A DNA stretch of 64,000 bases from an uncultured archaeon. GTDB taxonomy: Archaea; Thermoplasmatota; Penumbrarchaeia; JASLWR01. The DNA lies in the NCBI GenBank assembly GCA_964342815.1, contig CAYFHS010000008.1, forward strand, positions 32,001 to 96,000. Direction: 5' to 3'. The notes beneath the pieces were generated by a model. It had not been told where the DNA came from, ran no database searches, and saw nothing but the letters and a program-made list of their open reading frames with translations. Positions 18,099 through 28,381 of the stretch are shown here, piece by piece (within the stretch, counting starts at the first letter, position 1; each line of letters starts with the position of its first letter). A program made the position numbers and the translations under genes.

Positions 18099-19334
18099 TC
18101 AGGGATTGTCCGGAGGAGGAATGGAAAATATCTCTTCTAGTCCGGCTTGCCCCTGTGGTGAATTCCGAGCCGCTCCCGCCAGCTCGCCCTCGATCTGCTC
18201 TTTTTGCTCGTACCAATCCGGTGAGGGGGGTCTGGGCCGAGCTGGTTCTGAACCCAAACTCTGTAGTTTCTCCCTTTGTATAACGCCTTGCAGTGCCTGA
18301 GCCTGCTGCTGGAGAAGCTGTTTTTGGGTCTGGATCTCCTGGTATCTTCCCAGCAAGAGCTGTTTCTGTTCCGAGGGGCCTTCCATCTTCAATTGGTTCG
18401 AAACAACCGCCTCCTGCTGCCTCAGTACCTGCAGTTGTTGAATGATGTAGGCCAATTTTTCTTGGGCCCCTGTTTGCATTGGTTGGGATTGAAGTTGGGG
18501 TGGGCTTTGAGCTTTTGTCTGAACCGGATAATGGGATTGAGTTTGGGGGTGGTATCGGGGATTGGAGTGCGGGGGATATTGTTGAGCTTGAGGACCTGCC
18601 CACTGTTGAGCTTGTGGGGGTGTTGGTCTTACAATGGGCGGAGGCATATTGGTACCTTTACCCTGTTTTGAAAGTTTCTTCTGTCTCGTCCGTTTCTCCT
18701 TAATAAGGGCTTTTCGAAGTTTCTTGGTTTTTTTTAAATCTATTTGAATGTATATGAAGGGTACTATGCACCCGATCAAACCGATACCGATGAAGATGGG
18801 TAAGTACGGCATAAATGGGTAGCTGTTTACTTCGTAATGAACATTCACCCTACTATAAAGGTTAGAGGCGCCTTCCGGGAGAACCATGACGAAAACATAA
18901 GCGGTGCCGGGTTCCAGGGAGGCTTCGAAATCCATTTTGCCCGTTCTTGGAAGGCTTTTAATTGATTTTTGTTTAAGCATTTCGATATCTTTCTCATTAT
19001 TAAATGCGTCATCTTTCTTCATGAAATAGATGTTTAGGAAAACCTTTTCATTTACATCTGTTCCGGAGGACAACTTCACGGAGATTTTTACTGGAATATT
19101 GAAGGGGAGTGGATTCTTAATCGTTATTTCCTGTAATATATCGACATCCCGTGAGGGATAAATAGAATCATCCTCCAGAGGTGCTTCCTGTGGATAAAAG
19201 GAAATGATCACCATAACCAGCATGAAAACTATGAATATCGCCCCGATGATGTACGAATTTCGGTAGGATTTCTCCGCTGCACCTAGTTCTTTGGCGATAT
19301 CCTTCTTATCATCTTTTGGGTTCTTAGATTTCAT
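18099..19334 (-). CDS. Membrane protein with two TM helices, an extracellular beta domain and a Gln/Pro-rich cytoplasmic tail
   Basis: TM IIGAIFIVFMLVMVIISF and TM LPIFIGIGLIGCIVPFIYI; tail PQAQQWAGPQAQQYPP... followed by a Gln-rich coiled coil. Confidence 0.65.
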   Translation of the reverse strand: MKSKNPKDDKKDIAKELGAAEKSYRNSYIIGAIFIVFMLVMVIISFYPQEAPLEDDSIYPSRDVDILQEITIKNPLPFNIPVKISVKLSSGTDVNEKVFLNIYFMKKDDAFNNEKDIEMLKQKSIKSLPRTGKMDFEASLEPGTAYVFVMVLPEGASNLYSRVNVHYEVNSYPFMPYLPIFIGIGLIGCIVPFIYIQIDLKKTKKLRKALIKEKRTRQKKLSKQGKGTNMPPPIVRPTPPQAQQWAGPQAQQYPPHSNPRYHPQTQSHYPVQTKAQSPPQLQSQPMQTGAQEKLAYIIQQLQVLRQQEAVVSNQLKMEGPSEQKQLLLGRYQEIQTQKQLLQQQAQALQGVIQREKLQSLGSEPARPRPPSPDWYEQKEQIEGELAGAARNSPQGQAGLEEIFSIPPPDNP

Positions 19335-19453
19335 TTTCTTCCCTTATAAGATTGTCGATTGCGGATTATTATCATTTCGCTGTTATTATAAATTATTTTC
19401 GATAAAGTATTGAAAATGTCGGATTATTGATAGATAAAATCTGTGTACATGGC

Positions 19454-20659
19454 TTATTCGTTCAATAATGTTCGGTAAACCCGAACGACCTTTTCAACTG
19501 CCTTTTTCCATGTGTATCGATCCAGGGCCATTTGTCTCAGTTTCATACCTATAAGGCGGCTTTTATCAATATGACCGGCTAGTTCGAGTATTCTTTCGGT
19601 CAAGGATGTGGTGCTGCCCATCTCTGCATATATCCCGGCTTTTCCCAGAATTTCTCTGTTTGTGGGGTGATCAAATGCAACTACCGGAAGGCCGCAGCCC
19701 ATATAATTGAATAATTTGCCGTTAGCCTCACCCCACTTCAGCAGTTTGGGCGCAACTGCCATATCTCCAACTGCTAGGAAACTGGGAGCAAGCTCATAAG
19801 GGACCTTTCCTGCAATACAGACATTGCCTTGGATACCCATTTCAACAATCTTGTCACGTAACATTTCCTCACCGGGATAACCCATTAGAAGGAAATGGAT
19901 ATTTTTATTTTTTCTCAGTACACCAGGTATCGATTCAAGAAGGTAGAATATCCCTTTATATCGGTCCATTCCCCCCAGATATACCACCACAAATCTTTCG
20001 TCGGGTATCCCCAGCTCTCTACGGAGACCGGAAAATATCTTTTCACGGTTTGGATATTCGTCTCGCGGTTTGAACTTATTTGGATCAACTCCATCCGAAA
20101 TCGTCAGAATCTTGTTAGGGGATACTCCGAAATCGTTAATCATTGAATTTCGGAGATGACTCGATGATGCTATGATGAAGGGTGCGTCGTTATCGATATC
20201 AAGTTCCATTTTCCACCAAAAATTTCTGGCAGTTCCCTTTTCCTTCAAGAAGCCGTGAGCGGTCATCTCCCCCGTCAGGGAGCCCTGGGCATCGAAAACA
20301 TATTTTAAATTATTACATAACTTTGTTTTTTTCAGCATTCCCGCAATGAAGGCCCCCTCATGGAGGTGTGCGTGGATAATGTCAATCCGGTGGGATCGTA
20401 AATATTCAATGCATTTCAAAAAAAGGAGAGTGTCCATGTATAGAAAATGAAGGGATGGGCCCGCAACCAATTTGTTGTACCACGGAGTACGGAATATCCT
20501 CTCTACATGGGTATTTCCCATATCCCCCCCGCTGTGATAGGTTATTATGGTTGGTTGATGACCCATTTCTCCGAGAATCCTTGCCTGTTCATAGATCCTT
20601 ATATGGCATCCCCGGTCTGAAAAATACATTGTCGGGGCTATGATCAGTATCCTCAACAT
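19454..20659 (-). CDS. Glycosyltransferase family 4
   Basis: HAHLHEG, YLGGMDRYKGI, EANGKLFNYMGCGLPVVA. Confidence 0.88.
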   Translation of the reverse strand: MLRILIIAPTMYFSDRGCHIRIYEQARILGEMGHQPTIITYHSGGDMGNTHVERIFRTPWYNKLVAGPSLHFLYMDTLLFLKCIEYLRSHRIDIIHAHLHEGAFIAGMLKKTKLCNNLKYVFDAQGSLTGEMTAHGFLKEKGTARNFWWKMELDIDNDAPFIIASSSHLRNSMINDFGVSPNKILTISDGVDPNKFKPRDEYPNREKIFSGLRRELGIPDERFVVVYLGGMDRYKGIFYLLESIPGVLRKNKNIHFLLMGYPGEEMLRDKIVEMGIQGNVCIAGKVPYELAPSFLAVGDMAVAPKLLKWGEANGKLFNYMGCGLPVVAFDHPTNREILGKAGIYAEMGSTTSLTERILELAGHIDKSRLIGMKLRQMALDRYTWKKAVEKVVRVYRTLLNE

Positions 20660-20674
20660 CAGGGCTACCTCGTT

Positions 20675-22246
20675 TCAATCCATCGCTTCTATAGCTTCCC
20701 GCAGCCTTTGGAGAACATCATTTCTCTTGAGAGAGCTCAGGAAAAAACCCAATCGGGGTCCCCTGTTCTGGTCCAGAAGCAAACGATACAGAATGGAAAA
20801 AACCTTTTTTGGGGACGTGTTCATTCTCTCTTTCACATCATAACACGCCTGATGTATATGGCTGCCGTTCCATGGAACTGAAGATAGCTTTTTTTCCAGC
20901 TTCTTAAGTATTTTCAATTCAAGCTCACCGAATCCGTCTACCATAGAAGATTTGAAATGGTCTTGCAGAGAAAACTTCACCGAGTCCGGAGCAAATTTAT
21001 CCAACCAGAAACGGGCGCAGTTGAGCCTTTTTTCGATCCTCAATATGTCGTCATCAGACAGTTCTTCGATATTTTCAGTCCTTTTCAACCTTGAGAGCAC
21101 TTCATTGAGGTTAGGGTCGATCTGAACCAGCGATACCAGATGGCGGTATGAAATTCGATGAGCGGGTGCCGTGCTATCCTGTGATTGAGGGGACACTTGA
21201 GAAAGTTCAAATATACGTTTTTTCTCTCCGGCTGATTTTTCACCTTCCCGAATATCGAAAAAAATCTCTTCATATCGATCATACTCGTCCACAAGGTTCA
21301 GTATACCAAAACCGGGATCGAAATCGATATGTTTCCGCGGGTCTACCCTCATTACCATGAACCGAAGCACCTCGGCTGGCGTCATCTTGAGCATATCCGC
21401 ACCTGTGACCACAACTCCAGTGGAGGAGGACATGGCGCCCTTTCCCTTCAACTGTATCCATTCGTAGACCACGGGGTGCGGCGTCCTTCCACCAAGTATC
21501 TTATCCATGATCTCCTTTGCGGATTCATATGAGCCCCCTGCAGCAGCATGATCCTTGCCGAATGGCTCGCAGCTCACGCCGAGGAAACTCCAACGGGCGG
21601 GCCATTCAAGACGCCAAGGCAGTTTTCCATCGTCGGTTCTTATATCCGCTTTTCCTTTGTTACCACACGAGCATGAGTAATTAACAAAGGGATCAATGAA
21701 ATTGTCAACGACCGTATTGGCAAAGGTATTGCATGCAGAACACTTCGGTTGGTAAGGAAACCAATTTCGCTTCAACTGCCTTCCTGTGACCCTTTCCAAT
21801 ATCCCCCGTGCGATTTCTTTTCTGTCGATCAGTTTCTTGATACTGTCATAATAGAGACCGTCCTTGTACATTTGGTGAACGTATTTCACCTCAGGTTCGA
21901 TTCCCAGCTCCAGCACGGATTGAAGAAATGGTTCCAGAAAATGGTCAGCGTAACTAACGTGCTCACCACAGGGACATGGTATCTCTGAAATGGGCTGTCC
22001 GATGTATTGTTCATATGAAGCATTCAAAAATGGATATACTTTTCGTAAGGGATCGAAACTGTCAGCCATATACAACAATAGGGGTTTTTCTCCATGCTCC
22101 AGAACCGCCTTGAATATGGCATCGCCCGTAATTATCTCACGCATGTTTCCTACATGGATATGGCCGGAGGGAGTGATCCCCGTAGCTATTATAAAAGGAC
22201 CACCTCTCTTGGAAAGATTCATGGCTTCAACATCTGCCCAGTGCAT
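20675..22246 (-). CDS. lysS: Lysyl-tRNA synthetase, class I
   Basis: HWAD, GITPSGHIHVGN (HIGH-like), EPFGKDHAAAGGSY, MSSSTG (KMSKS-like), RGPRLG. ATG 22246 follows a GGTGG RBS. Confidence 0.95.
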   Translation of the reverse strand: MHWADVEAMNLSKRGGPFIIATGITPSGHIHVGNMREIITGDAIFKAVLEHGEKPLLLYMADSFDPLRKVYPFLNASYEQYIGQPISEIPCPCGEHVSYADHFLEPFLQSVLELGIEPEVKYVHQMYKDGLYYDSIKKLIDRKEIARGILERVTGRQLKRNWFPYQPKCSACNTFANTVVDNFIDPFVNYSCSCGNKGKADIRTDDGKLPWRLEWPARWSFLGVSCEPFGKDHAAAGGSYESAKEIMDKILGGRTPHPVVYEWIQLKGKGAMSSSTGVVVTGADMLKMTPAEVLRFMVMRVDPRKHIDFDPGFGILNLVDEYDRYEEIFFDIREGEKSAGEKKRIFELSQVSPQSQDSTAPAHRISYRHLVSLVQIDPNLNEVLSRLKRTENIEELSDDDILRIEKRLNCARFWLDKFAPDSVKFSLQDHFKSSMVDGFGELELKILKKLEKKLSSVPWNGSHIHQACYDVKERMNTSPKKVFSILYRLLLDQNRGPRLGFFLSSLKRNDVLQRLREAIEAMD

Positions 22247-22302
22247 TTTTCCACCCAATTTTTTTTATTACGTATGATCATGGATCAGGTAATTATCGTG
22301 AA

Positions 22303-23052
22303 CTAGTATTCTGTTTTCAATCGTTCGGCAATAGTCCGGATCATTCTTCGGAGACTGTCATCTCGCTTGAAATTCTCCAAGGTCGATTTCAATTCACCGT
22401 GGGACCAGGATCGCATTTCCCTTACCTTTCTTGATATTTCAGGTAGTGCTCTCGTAACGTTATCGATCACAGGTATGTCACAGGTTCTCGCGGTTCTTGA
22501 AAGAGGGTTAAGATCAACAGCAATGATGCGCTTGCCCATTTCTTTGAGGGCAATAGTTCGGTCCCCGTCCTCCAGTAGCACAATGACAGTATCAGCGGAA
22601 AATATTCCTTCTTTCGAGCAGCCGCCTCTGTTATGGTCGATCCCCGGTATCAGCGAATTTCTATTTTTACCCAGAACTTCCGATGCTCCGAAATCTTCAA
22701 GATAAGACACCAATTTTGCAATCCTTTCGTTTGAAGAATGAAACAGATTCACCTCGATCTTTGCATTAGTTTCCATTGCGAGTTCGACAGTTTCTCCCGC
22801 TGCGAGAACAGTGGAGTTGCCGTTTACCGAAATTACGGGAGAATCCGCCAGTAGCAGAGCGGCCGCAGCGGCTTTAGCTTGTTCTTTTGCCTCCCTAATG
22901 GTTTTTTCCCCCAGTAGATAATCAAATGCTTCACCCCTGCCGTGGGCAGCAAGCCCGGCCGGTGCGACGAGGCCATCTTTCAAACCCTGTGCGATCCGCT
23001 CGCGGAGTTTCAAAGATCGATACCGGGGATGACTTTTCGGGATATCCATCAT
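22303..23052 (-). CDS. pps: 4-phosphopantoate--beta-alanine ligase (archaeal phosphopantothenate synthetase)
   Basis: IPKSHPRY.SL..RE, HGRGEAFDYLLGE, SVNGN, EVNLF, EDGDR, DLNPLSRT. Confidence 0.92.
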   Translation of the reverse strand: MMDIPKSHPRYRSLKLRERIAQGLKDGLVAPAGLAAHGRGEAFDYLLGEKTIREAKEQAKAAAAALLLADSPVISVNGNSTVLAAGETVELAMETNAKIEVNLFHSSNERIAKLVSYLEDFGASEVLGKNRNSLIPGIDHNRGGCSKEGIFSADTVIVLLEDGDRTIALKEMGKRIIAVDLNPLSRTARTCDIPVIDNVTRALPEISRKVREMRSWSHGELKSTLENFKRDDSLRRMIRTIAERLKTEY

Positions 23053-23201
23053 TTCGGATGATTGGTAGATATTATTTATAAAATTAATGTGATGCATGTT
23101 CCGCTTCTACAATTGGGAAAAAGTTAATTGTTTTCAATTCGATCAATAAGCATAATCAAAAAAAATAATCTGGTCAAACAACAGGCATTATATGGACAGA
23201 T

Positions 23202-24611
23202 CTATCTCAGCCAAGGCTCCCCCCTAGTAAACAAACTGCTAATGGTTTGTTCCATCATCTCAGTTATCACTTCCGAATCGGTCCGTATTACATATCGATC
23301 CCTTGCCATCCTGTCAAGGTCCTTTCCTAGTGCGATACTCTGTTTATTTGCTTCTATTACGTCTTTGGCGGTCCTGAAAGTTCTTTTTTTTATAACCTTC
23401 CATCTTCCTTCCTCAATATAGGGCATTGACAGAGAATCTGGTGAATTTCTCCATTTCTTGAGGAAACCGCGGGAATTACTCAGATATACCCATGGACCAT
23501 CATGCACTTCCGCTTCGGGAAGCTCGAGTCGATCCATTTCGAAAACGAATGTGATGATCCCACCGTTATCTTTTGGTTCATCGTTATTGGGAGATTTCCC
23601 CTGGACATTCACCTCGCATCCGAGAATTACGAATCCCCGGTTACCAAGTAAAATGGTGAATGCCGTCCTTGCCTTGCTGATCTGGGGATATAATATATCG
23701 TCGACCACATCAGGTTTAGGTATTTCAAAAGAAAGAAGTGAAGTTCCCCTATCATTCAGCATATCTCTTAATTCATGGGTGCTTATTTCAGGTATGGAGT
23801 CAGGATAAAAAAAATTGATGCTCGGGGCATTAAGAAACTGCTCGCAAGCGGCGATTAATCGAAAGAAATTGTTTTTCGATAAAGCAGCTGCAACGTTTCT
23901 TTTGCTGTCTACCGGATCTATGAAAACGAGGTTGCAGTTTGGAAATAAGACCCAATTTTCCTCTTTGCCATTATCGAGGGAGAGCCAGGTCTTTTCTTTC
24001 CATCCCGACATCAGCTCAATCGTTTCCAGTAAAGTCCCGTATCGAACTATAAAAAGTTCGGTGAGATAACCACTGATACCTTCAACCTTGAGACTGGCCG
24101 AATACAATCCAATACCTTTGAGGAATTTTTTTAAGAGACGGACTTCACGCTGCATAGTCTCAGTCAGTTTATCGTTAACATACCTCGTGTGGAATGGAGT
24201 GCGGTCTACCGCTGATATTATACTTTCCCCTGAATCTACCTTGTAAGCCCATACAACGTCCACACCAACTCCCCCTAGCGAACCTGATAGATAAGGATGG
24301 GAGGCATATTTTACAGTGTGCTCGTCCAGAATTTCGCGGCCGACGCTGAAACAAATATCACTGGTTATTTTCTCGTCCACGTCGGGGGGAAATAATAAAA
24401 ATAGATCGATATCCGCACCCTTCAGATAAGTATTCTTGGCAGCGGATCCCACCACCTCGGGAATGATCTCGAAATCGAGGCCCATTCGCTGGATGATATC
24501 CATGGACCGTTGGATCAGGGAAGATTTCAATCCGTCCATTCTCAGCGTGTCATGCTTATCAGGGAGACATCTCCGGGCAGCTTCCTCAATAACCTCATGT
24601 ATCCTGCTCAT
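23202..24611 (-). CDS. cca: CCA-adding enzyme (archaeal class I)
   Basis: VGSAAKNTYLKGADIDLF nucleotidyltransferase motif, HPY, DRTPFHT, SGYLTEL. ATG 24611 follows a GGGAGG RBS. Confidence 0.93.
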   Translation of the reverse strand: MSRIHEVIEEAARRCLPDKHDTLRMDGLKSSLIQRSMDIIQRMGLDFEIIPEVVGSAAKNTYLKGADIDLFLLFPPDVDEKITSDICFSVGREILDEHTVKYASHPYLSGSLGGVGVDVVWAYKVDSGESIISAVDRTPFHTRYVNDKLTETMQREVRLLKKFLKGIGLYSASLKVEGISGYLTELFIVRYGTLLETIELMSGWKEKTWLSLDNGKEENWVLFPNCNLVFIDPVDSKRNVAAALSKNNFFRLIAACEQFLNAPSINFFYPDSIPEISTHELRDMLNDRGTSLLSFEIPKPDVVDDILYPQISKARTAFTILLGNRGFVILGCEVNVQGKSPNNDEPKDNGGIITFVFEMDRLELPEAEVHDGPWVYLSNSRGFLKKWRNSPDSLSMPYIEEGRWKVIKKRTFRTAKDVIEANKQSIALGKDLDRMARDRYVIRTDSEVITEMMEQTISSLFTRGEPWLR

Positions 24612-24612
24612 A

Positions 24613-25188
24613 TTATTCCTCCCTTGATCTGTTTCCAAATTGTATGTTCCGGACTACTTCATATATCGGCCCTTTTGGTGTTAGAGTGCTTTTCATGAGA
24701 TTGATTCCGCTGACGGACATATTTAATACGCACACATCCCGGTTTACTTTTATCATTTTAATTATTTTATTCTTGTCTTTTGCAGACTTCACCCGTGCAA
24801 GTGTTAAATGCCCTTTAAATCCTTTCTCCTTTTTAAAACCCAAGGATTTCAAACTTTCATTGAGTTCCAAGGAGATATTTTCAAATGTTCCCGAGGATTC
24901 CACACCAAGCCAAACAACCTTTATGTAATTGGGTGACGGAAAAGCACCCATATCCCTGATCTGTATCTCAAAGGATTCAATATCACTGGTAACATCTTCG
25001 ATTATCCTTATGATATCGTCGTTTAGGGATATGTCTGTATCCCCAAGGAATTTGAGAGTTACGTGCAGTTTGTCAGGGTCCACCATTTTAAGAGAGGTCT
25101 TTCCGCGGGAAAGCTCGTTCCATATATCCATTAATTTTTCGTTTGGTTCGATATGGACCGAAATGAACGCTCGATACTTTATGACCAT
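24613..25188 (-). CDS. thpR: RNA 2',3'-cyclic phosphodiesterase (2'-5' RNA ligase family)
   Basis: Two HxT motifs (LHVTLKFLG, GHLTLARVK), STLTPKGPIY; abuts cca. Confidence 0.92.
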   Translation of the reverse strand: MVIKYRAFISVHIEPNEKLMDIWNELSRGKTSLKMVDPDKLHVTLKFLGDTDISLNDDIIRIIEDVTSDIESFEIQIRDMGAFPSPNYIKVVWLGVESSGTFENISLELNESLKSLGFKKEKGFKGHLTLARVKSAKDKNKIIKMIKVNRDVCVLNMSVSGINLMKSTLTPKGPIYEVVRNIQFGNRSREE

Positions 25189-25411
25189 CCCCTCCTCGGC
25201 TTAGGGTAGTTTGTGCGGGGGTTAAGTAGTATTATTCCTATAAAAACGCTTTCGGTGATAATGCCCGGAACAACAATCCGCTTGAAATAATAGTAGGTGA
25301 TACCAAACACCTGCAAAATATTAATATATCAAATGCCAGTATATGACCTTTTATATAAATAGGATAAAATGCAATCAACAATTGTTAACGTGGAATTGTA
25401 GAGGTGAATCT

Positions 25412-28339
25412 ATGAATTCGGATCAGAATGGATATTGCAGCTTGAAAAACGGAGTTCTCACGGTTATTCTCGCATTGTTTTTTCTTGTTTCCATGTTTTT
25501 TGTTATGGAAGCCGAGTCCCAGGGGGCCGACGCGGCACCTAGAGCAAGTTTCGATCTGGAAAAGTATTATTTCAATACGGGGGAATCGATTTTTTTTGAT
25601 GCGACCAATTCCTCCTGTTCCGTAGGGGAAACACTACTCTATCTTTGGGATTTCGGTGACGGAGTGATTAAGAATACTCAAGAATGTACCATAAATCATA
25701 CCTATGAAAAACCCAATCTGTACACAATAACTCTTACTGTTTCAGACTCGGGCAGCGAAACCAGCTCGGCATCTATCGCAATAAATGTTTCAGACCAACA
25801 TCCTATTGTCACCATCACCCCCCCTTCTCATCCGGTCAAAACCAATACACCGGCCGTTTTTGAAGCATCTCCACATTATATCGTCGATCATCTGGTACTT
25901 TACGAATGGGATTTCGACGGGGATGGTGTAACAGACATTTTTTCACCCGATCGAAAGGTGCTCTACACTTTTTCAAACGTAAGCTCGGATTTACCTATCT
26001 CCTGCCATCTCACGGATTACAACGGCATCCTGAGCAAGGAAAAGTCTTTTATTACAATAGATATTGTTAAAGATTGGTATACCCTTGATATTACATCACC
26101 GGAACCTGACGCCGAATTGGAAGTGAATAAGGAAATATCTTTTACAGTTACCCTGCGCAACGGAAGCGGCCATTTGCTGGAGAACCAATCTCGAGACTGG
26201 ATCCATATTCAAACCGGTGAGTGGATATTTTATCAATGGGATTTCGACGGCGACGGATATCCCGATGAGATCACTGAGGAGAATCATACAACCTATACCT
26301 ACGACAAGTCCTTTTCGGATGAAGAATTTTCAACGACTATCAATATGTCTGTAAAAGTATCCAATACTACTGAAATATTTTTCATCACTGACCATCTTGA
26401 AATAAAAATAGAACCATTTGTGGACTCCTGGGAAACACTTTCCGACACAATGGTCATTGCAATTCTTGCCATATGCGGTTTTATAATCGTCGTGGGTTTT
26501 TTCGGAACTGCCGCCCTTAAAAAATACGGTATCCCAGAGGTTCTTTCCCTGGTGACATTAGGTGTGATCATGGTTCCAATTTTAGGTTTGATGGAGCCGG
26601 AACCCATGTTTCGTATCTCTACAGTATTCGGATCCCTGGCCCTTATGATCATACTGTTCGATGGTGGTTTGACCCTGAATTTGCAAAGGGTTAGAGAAGA
26701 AAGCTCCCGAGCATTCTTATTGGCCCTGATTGGTTTTATTATCACGATTTCAACCGTAGGATTCTTTACAGGCATGCTCCTTTTCGACAATAACTGGTTA
26801 GTTGGCATATTATTTGGTGCCGTAATAGGGGGTACCAGCGGGTCAATCGTGCTTCCCTTGATCTCAAAGCTGAAAGTCTCGGACAGTACAAAGACTTTAG
26901 TAAGCATCGAATCCACAATAACAGATGTGCTTTGTATCGTGGTCGTAATAGCCATAGCAAATTATATATCGCCTATGTCCGGGAGCGTTGGTGCGGGAGC
27001 GGGTTTCAAGGCAGCGGTCTCGACTTTGTCAGGTGCATTTTTGAAGGGATTCGGATCCGGTTTGATACTAGGCCTGTTTTGGATCACGGTATTGAAGAGA
27101 TTACAGAAATTTCAGTACAGTTTCATGCTCACCATAGCAGTGGTATTCCTGTTATATGCGGTAAACGAATATGCAGAAGGATCAGGGCCAATCAGTGTAT
27201 TGATATTTGGATTGATACTTGCAAACGGCAGGGAGTTCGGCGCGATGCTGAGAATTAAAAATGTCAGTGAGATATCAAAGTCCATGAAAGATTTTCATTC
27301 CCAGCTTTCATTCATAATAAGGACTTTTTTCTTTGTTTTCCTAGGTATCATAGTTAGAAGAGAATTATTTTTTGAAGTTGAAAGTCTGAAAATATGGGGA
27401 TACGGACTGGCGCTGGTGGTGATAATCGCATTCGCACGATGGCTTGCCGTCAAGATCGTGGTCCGGAAGGGAGAGGCCAAAAAGGATCAAGGATTACTAT
27501 CGAAATTGCTCCCACGAGGTCTGGCTGCAGCAGTTCTTGCTTTGGTGCCTGTTACCTATCATTTTATCGACAATGATATATTTACTAAAGACCAGAGTGA
27601 TATGTTTTTCAATCTGGCCTTCGTGATTATCCTGTTCTCGGTAATTTACACAACAATTGGCGTTCCCCTCTGGCAGCGGAAGAGGAGAATGACAGGATAT
27701 TGTGAGATCGACAAGAAAATAATCGAAAGTGGGATCAATGAAAAGCAGACTGGCAAGACGAAAGCGGCAAAAGAGAAAGAAAAAGCCCCCAGACCACCGA
27801 AAAAAGATACTTCGAAAAAAGGAAACAGAACCCAAAAGAGAGGATCCTCTGGGAAAGGAAAGAGAGGTTCCTCGGACAAAAAAAGTGGGAAATCATCGCC
27901 AAAAGGTAAATCGAATAACATGAACAGGAAGAAACAGGGAAATTCCAACCGCCGAGGCCGAGCCGGAAAGACCGGAAGATCCCGTGAGGGGAGGGCGAAA
28001 AAAGATATAGGGAAAAGTGAAAAAAGAAATGAACTTTCGTCTCTAACAGAAAATATAGATACAGATCTCGAGCATTGGGAACCTGATGGGGATTCCTTTG
28101 ATGAGGAGGACGGGATTATTCCCTCGAGTAATAAAGAAATCTCTCCCAGCAAGTTACTGGACCGGATCATGGAAAGCGGACCCGATCGCGACGATCATAG
28201 GGACAGCCAGTCCAAACGAACGCGTTCCAATAGACACGAAGATATCTCAAAAATGCTGAATAGCCTTGAGCACGAACCTCTCCTGCCTATCAGGGAAGAT
28301 ACTGTCCCATTTGAGGACCCTTCAATGGACTATCTTTGA
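25412..28339 (+). CDS. Fusion of a signal peptide, about three PKD domains, a CPA1 (NhaP-like) cation/H+ antiporter and a Lys/Arg-rich then acidic tail
   Basis: YLWDFGDG..HTY, YEWDFDGDG and YQWDFDGDG PKD motifs. The antiporter core has ILFDGGL, GAVIGGTS, IESTITD, SFIIRTFFFVFLG and PRGLAAAVLA. ATG 25412 follows GAGGTG. Confidence 0.85.
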   Translation: MNSDQNGYCSLKNGVLTVILALFFLVSMFFVMEAESQGADAAPRASFDLEKYYFNTGESIFFDATNSSCSVGETLLYLWDFGDGVIKNTQECTINHTYEKPNLYTITLTVSDSGSETSSASIAINVSDQHPIVTITPPSHPVKTNTPAVFEASPHYIVDHLVLYEWDFDGDGVTDIFSPDRKVLYTFSNVSSDLPISCHLTDYNGILSKEKSFITIDIVKDWYTLDITSPEPDAELEVNKEISFTVTLRNGSGHLLENQSRDWIHIQTGEWIFYQWDFDGDGYPDEITEENHTTYTYDKSFSDEEFSTTINMSVKVSNTTEIFFITDHLEIKIEPFVDSWETLSDTMVIAILAICGFIIVVGFFGTAALKKYGIPEVLSLVTLGVIMVPILGLMEPEPMFRISTVFGSLALMIILFDGGLTLNLQRVREESSRAFLLALIGFIITISTVGFFTGMLLFDNNWLVGILFGAVIGGTSGSIVLPLISKLKVSDSTKTLVSIESTITDVLCIVVVIAIANYISPMSGSVGAGAGFKAAVSTLSGAFLKGFGSGLILGLFWITVLKRLQKFQYSFMLTIAVVFLLYAVNEYAEGSGPISVLIFGLILANGREFGAMLRIKNVSEISKSMKDFHSQLSFIIRTFFFVFLGIIVRRELFFEVESLKIWGYGLALVVIIAFARWLAVKIVVRKGEAKKDQGLLSKLLPRGLAAAVLALVPVTYHFIDNDIFTKDQSDMFFNLAFVIILFSVIYTTIGVPLWQRKRRMTGYCEIDKKIIESGINEKQTGKTKAAKEKEKAPRPPKKDTSKKGNRTQKRGSSGKGKRGSSDKKSGKSSPKGKSNNMNRKKQGNSNRRGRAGKTGRSREGRAKKDIGKSEKRNELSSLTENIDTDLEHWEPDGDSFDEEDGIIPSSNKEISPSKLLDRIMESGPDRDDHRDSQSKRTRSNRHEDISKMLNSLEHEPLLPIREDTVPFEDPSMDYL

Positions 28340-28381
28340 TTTTTAGATTAGAACGGGTCTTCTTTAATTATTACGAAAGAT

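Noticed and set aside
23202-25188. Tight thpR-cca coupling as a new RNA-repair system
   Set aside because: The two RNA-end enzymes are a familiar archaeal gene pair and nothing extra is visible here.
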